The notes under the pieces were generated by a model. It worked only from the letters and a program-made list of their open reading frames with translations. It did no database searches and was not told where the DNA came from. A program made the translations under genes and the position numbers. Below are positions 40,652-49,708 of a stretch of 64,000 nucleotides of DNA, one piece after another. Positions within the stretch are counted from its first letter, which is position 1. Every line of letters begins with the position of its first letter. Source of the stretch: Candidatus Spyradocola sp. GTDB lineage: Bacteria > Bacillota > Clostridia > Christensenellales > UBA1750. The DNA lies in assembly GCA_050942925.1 (NCBI GenBank), contig JBMNOF010000001.1, positions 2,823 through 66,822 of the forward strand, read 5' to 3'.

Positions 40652-42151
40652 TTACTTTTTGCTGAACCGAATGAGCTTTCCGCCAGGCTCCGTCACAAGG
40701 GGCATGGAGAGCGCGCTCACCTTGCCGCCCACTTCGTCCACATAGAAGTGGACCGGAATTCCGCTGGGCAGTTCGCCCATGATGCCGGAGAGAACAAAGG
40801 TATCGTAGTGGAAGTGCTGAAGCTCGACGTTCGCCCCGATGAAGGCCAGCCGCAGCTTGTCGCCATCCAGGGAGATCTTGACGTCCGTATAGCCCGGCCG
40901 GCCGTAGGTGCCCACGTAGTCCGCCAGCGGGTGCGAAGGCTGCGTGCCCTCGACCTTGTCGCCGGTCATGGCGTGGATGAGCTTCTCGTGGCCGCCCAAG
41001 CGCTCCGCCACAAAGTCGTGGTAGCGGCGCACCCAGTTGCCGCCCGTGACGCCCAGGTAGTGGTCAATGACCTCGCGCGCCAAAGCGTAGTGCAGGAAGG
41101 AGCTGTTCATGTTCGTGTACGCGACGACGCCGAGGTTCAGGTCCGGCACAAAGCAGGTGAAGCCCGAGAAGCCGTTGATGTTGCCGCCGTGCTGCACGAG
41201 CTTGTGGCCGCGGAACATCTCCACCATCCAGCCCAGGCCGTAGCTGCAGAACTCCGTCTCCTCCATGGGCATGTCCAGGGGCGCGCTGAGCAGCATCTGG
41301 GGCTTGTGCAGCTCCTTCATCGCCGCCTCGCTCACGATGCGCTTGCCTTCAAACTCGCCCTGGTTCAGGTGGAGCGTCACCCACTTGAGCATGTCGCTGG
41401 CGCAGGAGTTGATGGAACCGGCAGGGCCGAGCGGCGCGCCGATGCCCTTGGACTTGTCCTCCTTGGGCATGCGGTAGAAGGGAATCTTGCGCATGCCGTG
41501 CAGGGCGTCGTTGGGGTTGGTGCGGTCATAGGGCTCGGCGTGGTTCGCATTGCCCTCGATGTCGTCGACGAACGCGCAGGAGCGGGTCATGCCCAGGGGC
41601 CCAAAGATGTACGCGTCGAGGTTCTCCTCAAAGCTCTTGCCCGTGACGCGCTCGACGATGTAGCCCGCCAGGATGAAGCACTGGTTGTTGTACTGGAACT
41701 TGGAGCGGATCGGCTGATTCGGCTCCAGGTAGCGCAGGTTGTGCACGAGCGTGGCCTTGTCAAAGTCCGTGCCGTACCAAGAGTATTCGTGACGGGGCAG
41801 GCCCGTGCGGTGGCAGAGCAGGTCGCGAAGCGTCACGTTCGCGGTGGTGAAGTCGTCGTAGAAGCGCACCTCGGGCACGTACTTCTGGATGGGGGTATCC
41901 CAATCCAGCTTGCCCTGGTCCACCAGGATCGCCACGAGCGCGGCGGTAAACGCCTTGGAGCAGCTGCCGATCTGGTAGAGCGTCTCCCCATCGGCGGGCA
42001 AGCCCTTTTCCACGTCGCGCTTGCCAAAGCCGCCTGCAAACACCGTCTTGCCGTCCTTTACAATGCCCACGGCGACAGAGGGGCTTTCCCAGAGCTGGAG
42101 GCCCTCCTCCGCCATCTGCCGGAGCGATTCAATAAACTTCTGATCTTCCAT
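40652..42151 (-). CDS. Beta-lactamase/PBP-fold serine hydrolase with DUF3471-like C-terminus (paralog 3)
   Basis: SxxK (GSCSK), LLCHRTGL, YNN, HGGNINGF; no signal peptide. Confidence 0.88.
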   Translation of the reverse strand: MEDQKFIESLRQMAEEGLQLWESPSVAVGIVKDGKTVFAGGFGKRDVEKGLPADGETLYQIGSCSKAFTAALVAILVDQGKLDWDTPIQKYVPEVRFYDDFTTANVTLRDLLCHRTGLPRHEYSWYGTDFDKATLVHNLRYLEPNQPIRSKFQYNNQCFILAGYIVERVTGKSFEENLDAYIFGPLGMTRSCAFVDDIEGNANHAEPYDRTNPNDALHGMRKIPFYRMPKEDKSKGIGAPLGPAGSINSCASDMLKWVTLHLNQGEFEGKRIVSEAAMKELHKPQMLLSAPLDMPMEETEFCSYGLGWMVEMFRGHKLVQHGGNINGFSGFTCFVPDLNLGVVAYTNMNSSFLHYALAREVIDHYLGVTGGNWVRRYHDFVAERLGGHEKLIHAMTGDKVEGTQPSHPLADYVGTYGRPGYTDVKISLDGDKLRLAFIGANVELQHFHYDTFVLSGIMGELPSGIPVHFYVDEVGGKVSALSMPLVTEPGGKLIRFSKK

Positions 42152-42191
42152 TTTGCCATTCTCCTTGCCGCCAGCGGCGAATCCGCTCGCA

Positions 42192-43670
42192 CTATTTCGT
42201 AAAGACGATGGGCTTGAGGCCCTTTTCGCTGCCGAGCATCACCGACAGCGTGGAAATCTCGCCCTTGGGGTCGGCCGCAAACGTGAGGGTCAGGCCCGCG
42301 GGCAGCTCGCCAATGGAGCCTTCCGTTGCAAAGGTATCGTAGTGGTGGTGCCGCAGCCCCACGCAGAAGGAGTTGAAGTCCGCGGTGAGCGCGCCGTCCT
42401 TCTCCTCGATGCGGAAGCGGCGGTAACCGGGCGCCTCATAGGTCCCGGCGTAGTCCTTGAGCGCGTGCGAGGGCTTCGTGCCCGGCACGGGCGTGCCGCC
42501 GAAGGAGGCGAAGAAGGAGACCACGTGGTCGAACATCGCCTGGTTGTACGCCTTCATGCGCTCGTACCAATTCCCGTCCGTGGCGCCCAAGGCCTTGTCC
42601 ACGGTCTCCTGCACGATGGCGTCGGCAAGCAGCGTGACGTTCATGTTCGCGCTGACGAACACGCCCAGGTTCAGGTCCGGAACGATGGCCGTGGAGGAGG
42701 TAAAGCCGTTGATGTTGCCGCCGTGCTCGAGCATCTTGTGCCCGCGGTAGCTGTACAGGCTCCAGCCCAGGCCGTAGGAGGTCATGGCGCGCTGGGGGCC
42801 GTAGGCGCCGCCATCGCCCGTATCGATGTGGGACGAGGCGATCAGATCCATCAGGTCCTCGCGCACGAGCTGCACGTCCCCGACCTTGCCGCGGTTCAGG
42901 TTAAAGCGCAGCCACTTCTCCATGTCCGCGGCGCAGGAGCAGATGCAGCCGGCCGCGGCGGTGGGGTCGCCAACCATTTCCTCGGCGCTCTCCGCCGGGG
43001 AGCGGTAATAGGGGATCTGCCGGATGCCCGTCATGGTGTATTCCTTGTCGTGGTCAAAGGGCAGGGCGGCGTTGTCGGCCGTGCGCATGGCCTCCATGTA
43101 CGTCTCGCTCCGCTCCATGCCCAGCGGCAGCAGGAGCTCTTCCTTGAGGAAGTCCTCAAACTTCTTGCCGCTGACCGCCTCGATGACGGCGCCGGCGATG
43201 AGGTAGTTGAAGTTGCTGTACTGGAAGCGGTAGCGGATGGGCGCGCTCAGCGGCAGGTCCTTGAGGTTCTTCATGAGCTGCTCGCGGCTAAAGCCCGTGC
43301 CGTACCAGGCGTACTCGTGCCGGGGCAGGCCGCTGCGGTGGCTCAGGAAGTCGCGCAGCGTCAGGTTTTCGGTCGCGTAGCGGTCGTTAAGCCGGAAGGC
43401 CGGCAGGTACTCGATGACGGGGGTATCGAAATCCAGCTTGCCCTGCGTGGCCAGCACGGCGGCCGCCGTCGCGGTAAAGGCCTTGGTGCAGCTGGCGATC
43501 TGGTAGAGGGTATTTGCGTCTGCGGGCCGGTTGGCGTTGTCCCGCATGCCGATGCCGTCGCAGAGCAGGGTCTTGCCGTCCTTGACCACGCAGATCGAAA
43601 GCGAGGGCACATCCCAATTCTTGGCCTGCTGTGCGGCTTCCGCGCGCAGGTCCTTCGAAAAGTCGTTCAC
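42192..43670 (-). CDS. Beta-lactamase/PBP-fold serine hydrolase with DUF3471-like C-terminus (paralog 2)
   Basis: ASCTK, LSHRSGL, YSN, HGGNINGF; GTG start; no signal peptide. Confidence 0.88.
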   Translation of the reverse strand: MNDFSKDLRAEAAQQAKNWDVPSLSICVVKDGKTLLCDGIGMRDNANRPADANTLYQIASCTKAFTATAAAVLATQGKLDFDTPVIEYLPAFRLNDRYATENLTLRDFLSHRSGLPRHEYAWYGTGFSREQLMKNLKDLPLSAPIRYRFQYSNFNYLIAGAVIEAVSGKKFEDFLKEELLLPLGMERSETYMEAMRTADNAALPFDHDKEYTMTGIRQIPYYRSPAESAEEMVGDPTAAAGCICSCAADMEKWLRFNLNRGKVGDVQLVREDLMDLIASSHIDTGDGGAYGPQRAMTSYGLGWSLYSYRGHKMLEHGGNINGFTSSTAIVPDLNLGVFVSANMNVTLLADAIVQETVDKALGATDGNWYERMKAYNQAMFDHVVSFFASFGGTPVPGTKPSHALKDYAGTYEAPGYRRFRIEEKDGALTADFNSFCVGLRHHHYDTFATEGSIGELPAGLTLTFAADPKGEISTLSVMLGSEKGLKPIVFTK

Positions 43671-43702
43671 GTTGCTTCCACCTTTCTCCTTCGCGTTCGA
43701 AC

Positions 43703-45190
43703 TCAGCCCTCGACCTTGGTGAAGATCTCGTCCTTTGCGGCGGGATTCATCACGATGCCAAAGCGGATGTCCGCGACCTTGCCGTTCTTGCCCGTCTCAA
43801 AGGAGAAGGTCATGCCGTTGAACAGCGCGTGCGCATCGTCGATGCGGAAGGTGTCGTAGTGGAAGTGGGTGAGCGGGCTCACCTTCTTATTATAGGTAAA
43901 GGTCAGGCCGCCGTCCTTTTCCGCGATGACGATGTCGCCGTAGCAGGCGTTGCGGTAGGTGCCGGCGTATTCGGCCAAGGCGTGCGTGGGATGGGTGTTG
44001 GGCACCGGATCGCCGTTCATGCCCTTCATCTGGTCCACAACGGAGCCAAAGACCTCGGAGACAAAGCCGCGCAGGCGGTTCTGCCAGTCGCCGCCCGTGA
44101 CGCCCAGGTAGCTGTCGATGATTTCATAGGTGGTGGCGTAGGTATCAAAGGAGTCGTTGAAGTTGACCAGGCTGACGATGCCGAGCTTCTGGTCCGGCAC
44201 CATGGTCACCAGCGCCGTAAAGCCGTTGATGTTGCCGCCGTGCTCGACCATCTTGTGGCCGCGGAAGGTCTCCGTAAACCAGCCCATGCCGTAGGAGTAG
44301 AAGTCCATCTCCGCAAAGTCCGTCAGCAACGGCTCGCTCAAGAGCATCTGGGGCTTGTGCAGCTCCTTCATGTTCGCCTCGGAGACGACCTGCTTGTCGC
44401 CGACCTTGCCGTTGTTGAGGTTGAACTCGACCCACTTGAGCATGTCGGTCACCGTGGACATGATGGAACCGGCGGGGCCATAGGGCGCGCCGATGCCCTT
44501 TGCGCGGTCCTCGCGGTCGCTCTTGAGGAAGGGAACCTTGACCACGCCCGTAAGGTCCGTGGGAATGGGGCGGTCATAGGGCTCGGCGTGGTTGGGATCG
44601 CCGGCGATGTCGTCGACGTAGAAGGTGGTGCGCGTCATGCCGATGGGCTCGAGCAGGTACTTGCGCACGAAATCCTCCCAGGTCATTCCGGACAGCTCCT
44701 CGATGAGCATGCCCACCGCGACAAAGCAGGTGTTCTGGTAGCACCAATGCGAGCGGAAGGACCAAGCCGGCTGCATGTTGCGCAGGTTTTCGACCATCTC
44801 GCGGCGGGTGCAGGGGCCGTCGATCCAGTAGGCGTCATGCCGCGGCAAGCCCGTGCGGTGGCAGAGCAGGTCGCGGGTGGTGGCGTGATAGGTGGTAAAG
44901 GGGTCCATAAAGCGGATCCAGGGCAGGTACTCGATGACGGGGGTATCCCAGTCGAGCTTCCCCTGGTCGACTAGCACCGCGGCCGCAGCCGCCGTAAAGG
45001 CCTTGGAGCAGCTGCCGATCTGGTAGAGCGTATCCGCGTCCGCCTTGCGGCCGGCTTCCACATCCGCATATCCAAATGCCTCGCACAGCTCGATCTTGCC
45101 GTCCTTGACAACGCCCAGGGCCATGGAAGGCTGGTCCCATGCCTTGAGCTCCTTTTCTACATTTGCCTTCACTTGATCCAGTGCATGCAT
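43703..45190 (-). CDS. Beta-lactamase/PBP-fold serine hydrolase with DUF3471-like C-terminus (paralog 1)
   Basis: GSCSK, LLCHRTGL, YQN, HGGNINGF; no signal peptide. Confidence 0.88.
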   Translation of the reverse strand: MHALDQVKANVEKELKAWDQPSMALGVVKDGKIELCEAFGYADVEAGRKADADTLYQIGSCSKAFTAAAAAVLVDQGKLDWDTPVIEYLPWIRFMDPFTTYHATTRDLLCHRTGLPRHDAYWIDGPCTRREMVENLRNMQPAWSFRSHWCYQNTCFVAVGMLIEELSGMTWEDFVRKYLLEPIGMTRTTFYVDDIAGDPNHAEPYDRPIPTDLTGVVKVPFLKSDREDRAKGIGAPYGPAGSIMSTVTDMLKWVEFNLNNGKVGDKQVVSEANMKELHKPQMLLSEPLLTDFAEMDFYSYGMGWFTETFRGHKMVEHGGNINGFTALVTMVPDQKLGIVSLVNFNDSFDTYATTYEIIDSYLGVTGGDWQNRLRGFVSEVFGSVVDQMKGMNGDPVPNTHPTHALAEYAGTYRNACYGDIVIAEKDGGLTFTYNKKVSPLTHFHYDTFRIDDAHALFNGMTFSFETGKNGKVADIRFGIVMNPAAKDEIFTKVEG

Positions 45191-45229
45191 CGTATTCCCC
45201 TTCTTTCCGTAAAGTCCGTTTCTGTCTTC

Positions 45230-46309
45230 TTAAATGTCCATGTCGATGCCAAGGCCCGGCTTGTCCAGCAGCGTAAAGACGCCGCCCTTACGGTCGAAGC
45301 CGCCCGGAATGCCGTCGTCATCTCCCTTGTAGAACATGAAGCTGTCGCAGTCCGCCTCGACGATGGCCTGCTTTGCCGCAACCAGGCTCACGCCCGCGGT
45401 GATGCTGATCTTGTTCTCCTGCATGCAGCCGACCATGCACTGCACGCCGGCGCCCTGCGCGATGTCCGCAATCTGCGCGCCGGTGTAGAGGCCGCCGCAC
45501 TTCATCAGCTTGATGTTGAAGTAATCCGCGCAATGGAGCTTGGCCGCGCGCTGCGCGTCATAGGGCGTGTGGATGGACTCGTCCAGCATGAGCTTGACGC
45601 CCGTCTTGTTCTTCTTCATCAGCTCTGCCGCGCCGTCAAAGTCCCACCAGGGCAGGCACTGCTCGACCGCGTCGATGTGCAGCGCCTCGAACTTGGGCAG
45701 GACCTCCAGGGCGGTGTCCACGGTGTAGCCCTGGTTGGCGTCCACGCGCAGGCGGATGTCGCTGCCGACGGCCTCGCGGATGAGGGTCAAAGCGCGGATA
45801 TCGTCCTCCGGGTTGATGCCGATCTTGATCTTGAGGATGCGGAAGCCCTTTTCAAAGACAAAGCGCTTGGCCGCGGCCTGCATCTTTTCGGGGGTGTCGA
45901 TGCCGATGGTGATGTCGTTGTGGACGACCGGATTCGTGCCGCCGAGCACCTTGTAGACCGGCAGGTTCTTCTTCTTGCCGATGATGTCGTACAGCGCGAT
46001 GTCAAAGGCGCACTTGGCCGAGCCGTTGCTGTAGATGATGCTGTCCATCAGCTTGTGCGCGCCGGCGATATCCATGGGATCAAAGCCGATGAAGGCCTGG
46101 GCGAACATCTTCATGACGGTGTAGCACGTCTCCATCGTCTCGCCCGTGACAAAGCCCAGGGGCGCGGCGGAACCCAGGCCGTAAATGCCCTCGTCCGTCG
46201 TGATCTTGACCGTCCAGCTGTCGGAGTCCTCAATCACGCCAAAGGCGACGCGGAAGGGCTCGGAGAGCGGCGCGGAAAACTTTTCAATTTTGACGTCGGT
46301 AATTTTCAT
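45230..46309 (-). CDS. Dipeptide epimerase (L-Ala-D/L-Glu epimerase-like, enolase superfamily)
   Basis: KIK catalytic motif, DANQG, EQ, DES metal ligands, NIKLMKCGG, DCD (DxD). Confidence 0.88.
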   Translation of the reverse strand: MKITDVKIEKFSAPLSEPFRVAFGVIEDSDSWTVKITTDEGIYGLGSAAPLGFVTGETMETCYTVMKMFAQAFIGFDPMDIAGAHKLMDSIIYSNGSAKCAFDIALYDIIGKKKNLPVYKVLGGTNPVVHNDITIGIDTPEKMQAAAKRFVFEKGFRILKIKIGINPEDDIRALTLIREAVGSDIRLRVDANQGYTVDTALEVLPKFEALHIDAVEQCLPWWDFDGAAELMKKNKTGVKLMLDESIHTPYDAQRAAKLHCADYFNIKLMKCGGLYTGAQIADIAQGAGVQCMVGCMQENKISITAGVSLVAAKQAIVEADCDSFMFYKGDDDGIPGGFDRKGGVFTLLDKPGLGIDMDI

Positions 46310-46460
46310 AGTAATGTACCCCCGTATTGTTCGCTCTCTCGTATCTTTGTTCGGAGCGGAAGAATCCTGCATATTCTGTATATTTGGGGTTCTTTCCGCG
46401 GCTTCCAAAATACGGTCGAATTCACCCCCTACCTTTCAGTAGGAGTTTTACAATGTTCTT

Positions 46461-46489
46461 ATCATATAGCAATCGAATTCATTTTGCAA
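46461..46489 (-). promoter_or_regulatory. sigma-A promoter of the epimerase operon
   Basis: TTGCAA-17 bp-TATGAT in an AT-rich intergenic region. Confidence 0.6.
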
Positions 46490-46523
46490 GACGAACTTGT
46501 TTATCATGCAAAAAACTCTATGT

Positions 46524-46576
46524 AAAAGAACGGAGATTTCGGTGCATCCCCCTCCTTGGGCGCACCGAAATCTCCG
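46524..46576 (-). terminator. Terminator after the CE7 esterase gene
   Basis: 15-bp perfect stem CGGAGATTTCGGTGC/GCACCGAAATCTCCG plus TTCTTTT. Confidence 0.8.
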
Positions 46577-46625
46577 CATTTCGACCGAATATATGCAGGT
46601 ACTTCCTATTCTTGAATTGTTTGGT

Positions 46626-47606
46626 TCATTTCCCGCCCTTTGGGGCGTCCAGGATGCCGCTCTGCCGGATGAAGCGAATCTCGCGCTCGACGTGGGTGGC
46701 GCGGGCGCCGTCGTGCTCGTTAAAGGGATAGACGACGATCTGCTTTTCGGAGCGGATGCGGTTATAGGTGGCGTAATAGCAGAGCGCGGGGCAAACGGGG
46801 TCGGCCAAGCCCACCGAGGCAAAGACCTTGGCCTGGATGCGCTCGGCCATGTTCATCGTGTCAAAGTAGCTCAGCGTCTCATAGACGCGCTCGAGGTTGT
46901 CGGGGTAGGCGCGCAGGTAGTCGTTGACCGAGGTGAAGGACCCGTGCCGGTGCTCGATGCGGTACTCGATGTTGCTGTTGCTGGGCACGTTGACCAGCGC
47001 GAGCTTCACGCGCGCATCCAGCGCCGAGACGGCCATGCCCAGCGCGCCGCCCTGGCTGGTGCCGCGCACGAAGAGGCGGTCGGCGTCGATTTCGGGGATC
47101 GTCTCGAGGAAGTCCAGGGCCTTGAGGCAGTCCATGTACACCGCGCGGTAATAGTATTCCTCCTTGTGGAGCACGCCCTTGCTGCCCACGTTCGTGCACA
47201 TGCCGCTGTCCGTGTAGTGGGCGCAGTTTCCGGTGATGCCACCCTGTTCCCGGCAGTCGATCGCCAGCACCGCGCAGCCGAGCAGGGCGAAGGCCATGTG
47301 GTCCGAGGGCACGCCGCGGCTGCCGCCAAAGCCGTGGTACTGCACCATGCAGGGATAGGGCGCCTGCTTCCGAAAGGTCGGCAGGATCAGCCAGCCGTGG
47401 ATGCGCGTCTGGTCAAATCCGCAGTAGGAGACGTCGTAGACCTCCACGGCGTCGATGGGGTAGTCGACCTTTTCCACGATCGGCGCGAGCGGCACGGCCT
47501 TGGTCTGTGCGATCGTGCTCTCCCAGAATTCGTCAAAGTCCGGGCGGCGCGTCAGCGGCGGAAGGTAGGCCTCCAGCTCCGCGATCTTGCTCTGCAAAAA
47601 ACTCAT
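46626..47606 (-). CDS. CE7 acetylxylan esterase/cephalosporin-C deacetylase family
   Basis: PDFDEFW, YHGFGG, GTSQGG nucleophile elbow, LSYFD, GLADPVCP. Confidence 0.88.
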   Translation of the reverse strand: MSFLQSKIAELEAYLPPLTRRPDFDEFWESTIAQTKAVPLAPIVEKVDYPIDAVEVYDVSYCGFDQTRIHGWLILPTFRKQAPYPCMVQYHGFGGSRGVPSDHMAFALLGCAVLAIDCREQGGITGNCAHYTDSGMCTNVGSKGVLHKEEYYYRAVYMDCLKALDFLETIPEIDADRLFVRGTSQGGALGMAVSALDARVKLALVNVPSNSNIEYRIEHRHGSFTSVNDYLRAYPDNLERVYETLSYFDTMNMAERIQAKVFASVGLADPVCPALCYYATYNRIRSEKQIVVYPFNEHDGARATHVEREIRFIRQSGILDAPKGGK

Positions 47607-47647
47607 GTTCCCACTCCCTTTTCTATTTTTTCGGTTAACGGGGCGCG

Positions 47648-49069
47648 TCAGCGCGCGTCGCTGTCGTCGAACTTATCCCCGCACTCGGGGCAGAACTTGG
47701 GCGGATGCTCGGGGTCCTCGGGCTCCCATCCGCACTTATCACAGCGGTACAGGCGCGCCGTCTCCGGCTTTTTGGCCCCGCACTCCGTGCAGAAGCGGCC
47801 CTTGTTCCACGCGCCGCAGGCTTTGCACTCCCAACCCGCCTTGGGCTCGGGGCGCTTTGCGCCGCACTCCGCGCAGAACTTTCCGCTGTTCTTCGCGCCG
47901 CACTGGGGGCAGGTCCACGTTTCCGCCTTCTTTTCTGGCTCGGGCTTTTTCTCCCCGCAGGCGGAGCAGAAGTTGCCGGTGTTTTTCGACTGGCACTTGG
48001 GGCAGGTCCAGGTTTCCTCCTCGGCCTGCGCGCCCTGCTGGTCCTTCTTCTCCTGCTGCTCCCGGCCCAGGGCAAAGAGCGCGTCCGCGCGCGCGCCGCC
48101 GGCGTTTGCCGCCATGTTGACGCCCGCAAGTCCGAACATCGGGCCGGTGGAGGGGTTGGCCGCGGCGGACTTCATGGCCTCGGCCTGCGCCTCGAGGATC
48201 GTCGCGCCGGCCATGTTCGGGTCGCGCATCACGGCGCGGCGCTGCAGGTCCTTGATCATCTCCTCGTCCTTCTGCGGGGCGGTGACGGAATTGATGCCAA
48301 ACGACGCGACCTCGATGCCGCGCAGCTTCGCCCACTTTTCGGAGAGGACCTCGTTGAGCGCCTGGGCGATCTCCAGGGTGTGGCCGGGCAGGGCGCTATA
48401 GCGCACGCCCATTGCGGAGATGCGCGCAAAGGCCGGCTGGAGCGCGGTCATCAGCTCGGACTTGAGCTGGCCGTCGATCTGCGCGCGGCGGTAGTCGGCC
48501 GCCACGTTGCCGCAGACATTCTCGTAGAACAGGAGCGGGTCGACGATCTTATAGGAGTATTCGCCGTAGCAGCGGATGGCGATGTCGATGTCCAGGCCGA
48601 TGTTCTTGTCCACCACGCGGAAGGGCACGGGGTTGGCGGTGCCGTACTTGTTGCCGACGATCTCCTTGAGGTTGAAGTAATAGACCCGCTGGTCCCGGGC
48701 CGCGCCGCCGCCAAAGGTAAAGCGCCGGCCGATCTGGCGGAAGGTCTCCTTGATGGAGTCGCCGAGGTTTCCGCAAAAGATCGAGGGCTCGGGCGAACCG
48801 TCGTAGGTGAATTCGCCGGGCTCGGCGCAGAACTCCACGACCTTGCCCTGGTCCACGACCGCCATGCACTGCCCCTCGTTGACCGCGATGACGGTTCCGC
48901 GGGAGAGGATGTCCGGCTCGCCGCTGGCGTTGTTCGTCCGGGCGGACAAGCGCTTGCGGCCCTTGCACACGAGCACGTCCGGCGGCATGGATTCGCAATA
49001 GATGTATTCCTTCCACTGGTCCGCGAGCACGCCGCCGATTGCGCCGCCCGCCGCTTTGATCAGACCCAT
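47648..49069 (-). CDS. SPFH-domain protein (YdjI-like) with four C-terminal zinc-ribbon repeats
   Basis: LADQWKEY, RFTFGG...DQRVYY, KYGT..P; repeats WxCxxC..N.GxFCxxCG. Confidence 0.85.
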   Translation of the reverse strand: MGLIKAAGGAIGGVLADQWKEYIYCESMPPDVLVCKGRKRLSARTNNASGEPDILSRGTVIAVNEGQCMAVVDQGKVVEFCAEPGEFTYDGSPEPSIFCGNLGDSIKETFRQIGRRFTFGGGAARDQRVYYFNLKEIVGNKYGTANPVPFRVVDKNIGLDIDIAIRCYGEYSYKIVDPLLFYENVCGNVAADYRRAQIDGQLKSELMTALQPAFARISAMGVRYSALPGHTLEIAQALNEVLSEKWAKLRGIEVASFGINSVTAPQKDEEMIKDLQRRAVMRDPNMAGATILEAQAEAMKSAAANPSTGPMFGLAGVNMAANAGGARADALFALGREQQEKKDQQGAQAEEETWTCPKCQSKNTGNFCSACGEKKPEPEKKAETWTCPQCGAKNSGKFCAECGAKRPEPKAGWECKACGAWNKGRFCTECGAKKPETARLYRCDKCGWEPEDPEHPPKFCPECGDKFDDSDAR

Positions 49070-49108
49070 AGTTGTTCCCTCATTTCGTTTTTCTGTGCCG
49101 TTTGTTTC

Positions 49109-49137
49109 ATTGTAGCGGATTGCCCCGTCTTTTGCAA
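49109..49137 (-). promoter_or_regulatory. sigma-A promoter of the SPFH gene
   Basis: TTGCAA-17 bp-TACAAT. Confidence 0.65.
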
Positions 49138-49148
49138 GGCGCGGCGCG

Positions 49149-49631
49149 CTACTGGGCGATGTCGCAGATCTTGGCCTCCGTATAGCGCGCGAGGTCCTCC
49201 GGGCGCAGCAGCATTTGCACGCCGCGCTGGCCCGCGCTGACGGAAATCCGCTCGCAGAGCTCGCAGGTCTCGTCCAGGAAGGTGGGATACTTCTTCTTCA
49301 TGCCCACGGGCGAGCAGCCGCCGCGGATGTAGCCGGTCAGCGGGAGCAGCTCCTTCATGTGGATCATTTCCACCTTTTTGTCGCCCGCTTCCTTGGCCAG
49401 CTTCTTGAGGTCCACCTCCAGCTCTACGGGCAGCACGCAGACGAGGATGCCCTGCTTTTCGCCCCGGAGCACGAGGGTCTTAAAGACCTCCTCCGGCGGC
49501 AGGCCGAGGACCTCGGCCGCGTGCACGCCGCTCAGGTCGTTCTCGTCTACCTCGTATTCGCGCGTTTCAAATTCGATGCCCGCGGCCTTGAGCAGCCGCA
49601 TGGCGTTGGTGACGACGGGTTTTTCCGCCAT
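49149..49631 (-). CDS. ybaK: Cys-tRNA(Pro) deacylase YbaK/EbsC
   Basis: TNAMRLL, VFKTLV, TGYIRGGCSPVGMKK, SAGQRG. Confidence 0.92.
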   Translation of the reverse strand: MAEKPVVTNAMRLLKAAGIEFETREYEVDENDLSGVHAAEVLGLPPEEVFKTLVLRGEKQGILVCVLPVELEVDLKKLAKEAGDKKVEMIHMKELLPLTGYIRGGCSPVGMKKKYPTFLDETCELCERISVSAGQRGVQMLLRPEDLARYTEAKICDIAQ

Positions 49632-49670
49632 GGTTTTCCCTCGCTTTCTGCGCGGCTCCGACGCGAAATC

Positions 49671-49699
49671 TGGACACCGGAGCGAGCGCATGGTATACT
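49671..49699 (+). promoter_or_regulatory. sigma-A promoter
   Basis: TGGACA-17 bp-TATACT with TG extension. Confidence 0.7.
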
Positions 49700-49708
49700 C
49701 AAACTACA

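Noticed and set aside
40652-45190. Beta-lactam resistance cluster
   Set aside because: No signal peptides, HGG instead of KTG, an extra C-terminal domain and a catabolic context argue for peptidases
46370-46385. CodY box in the epimerase leader
   Set aside because: Four mismatches to consensus in AT-rich DNA; not distinguishable from chance
46501-46628. dif-like fragments (ACTTCCTA at 46601; CTATGTAAA at 46518)
   Set aside because: Each matches only one arm of the B. subtilis dif site, with no partner arm at 6-bp spacing
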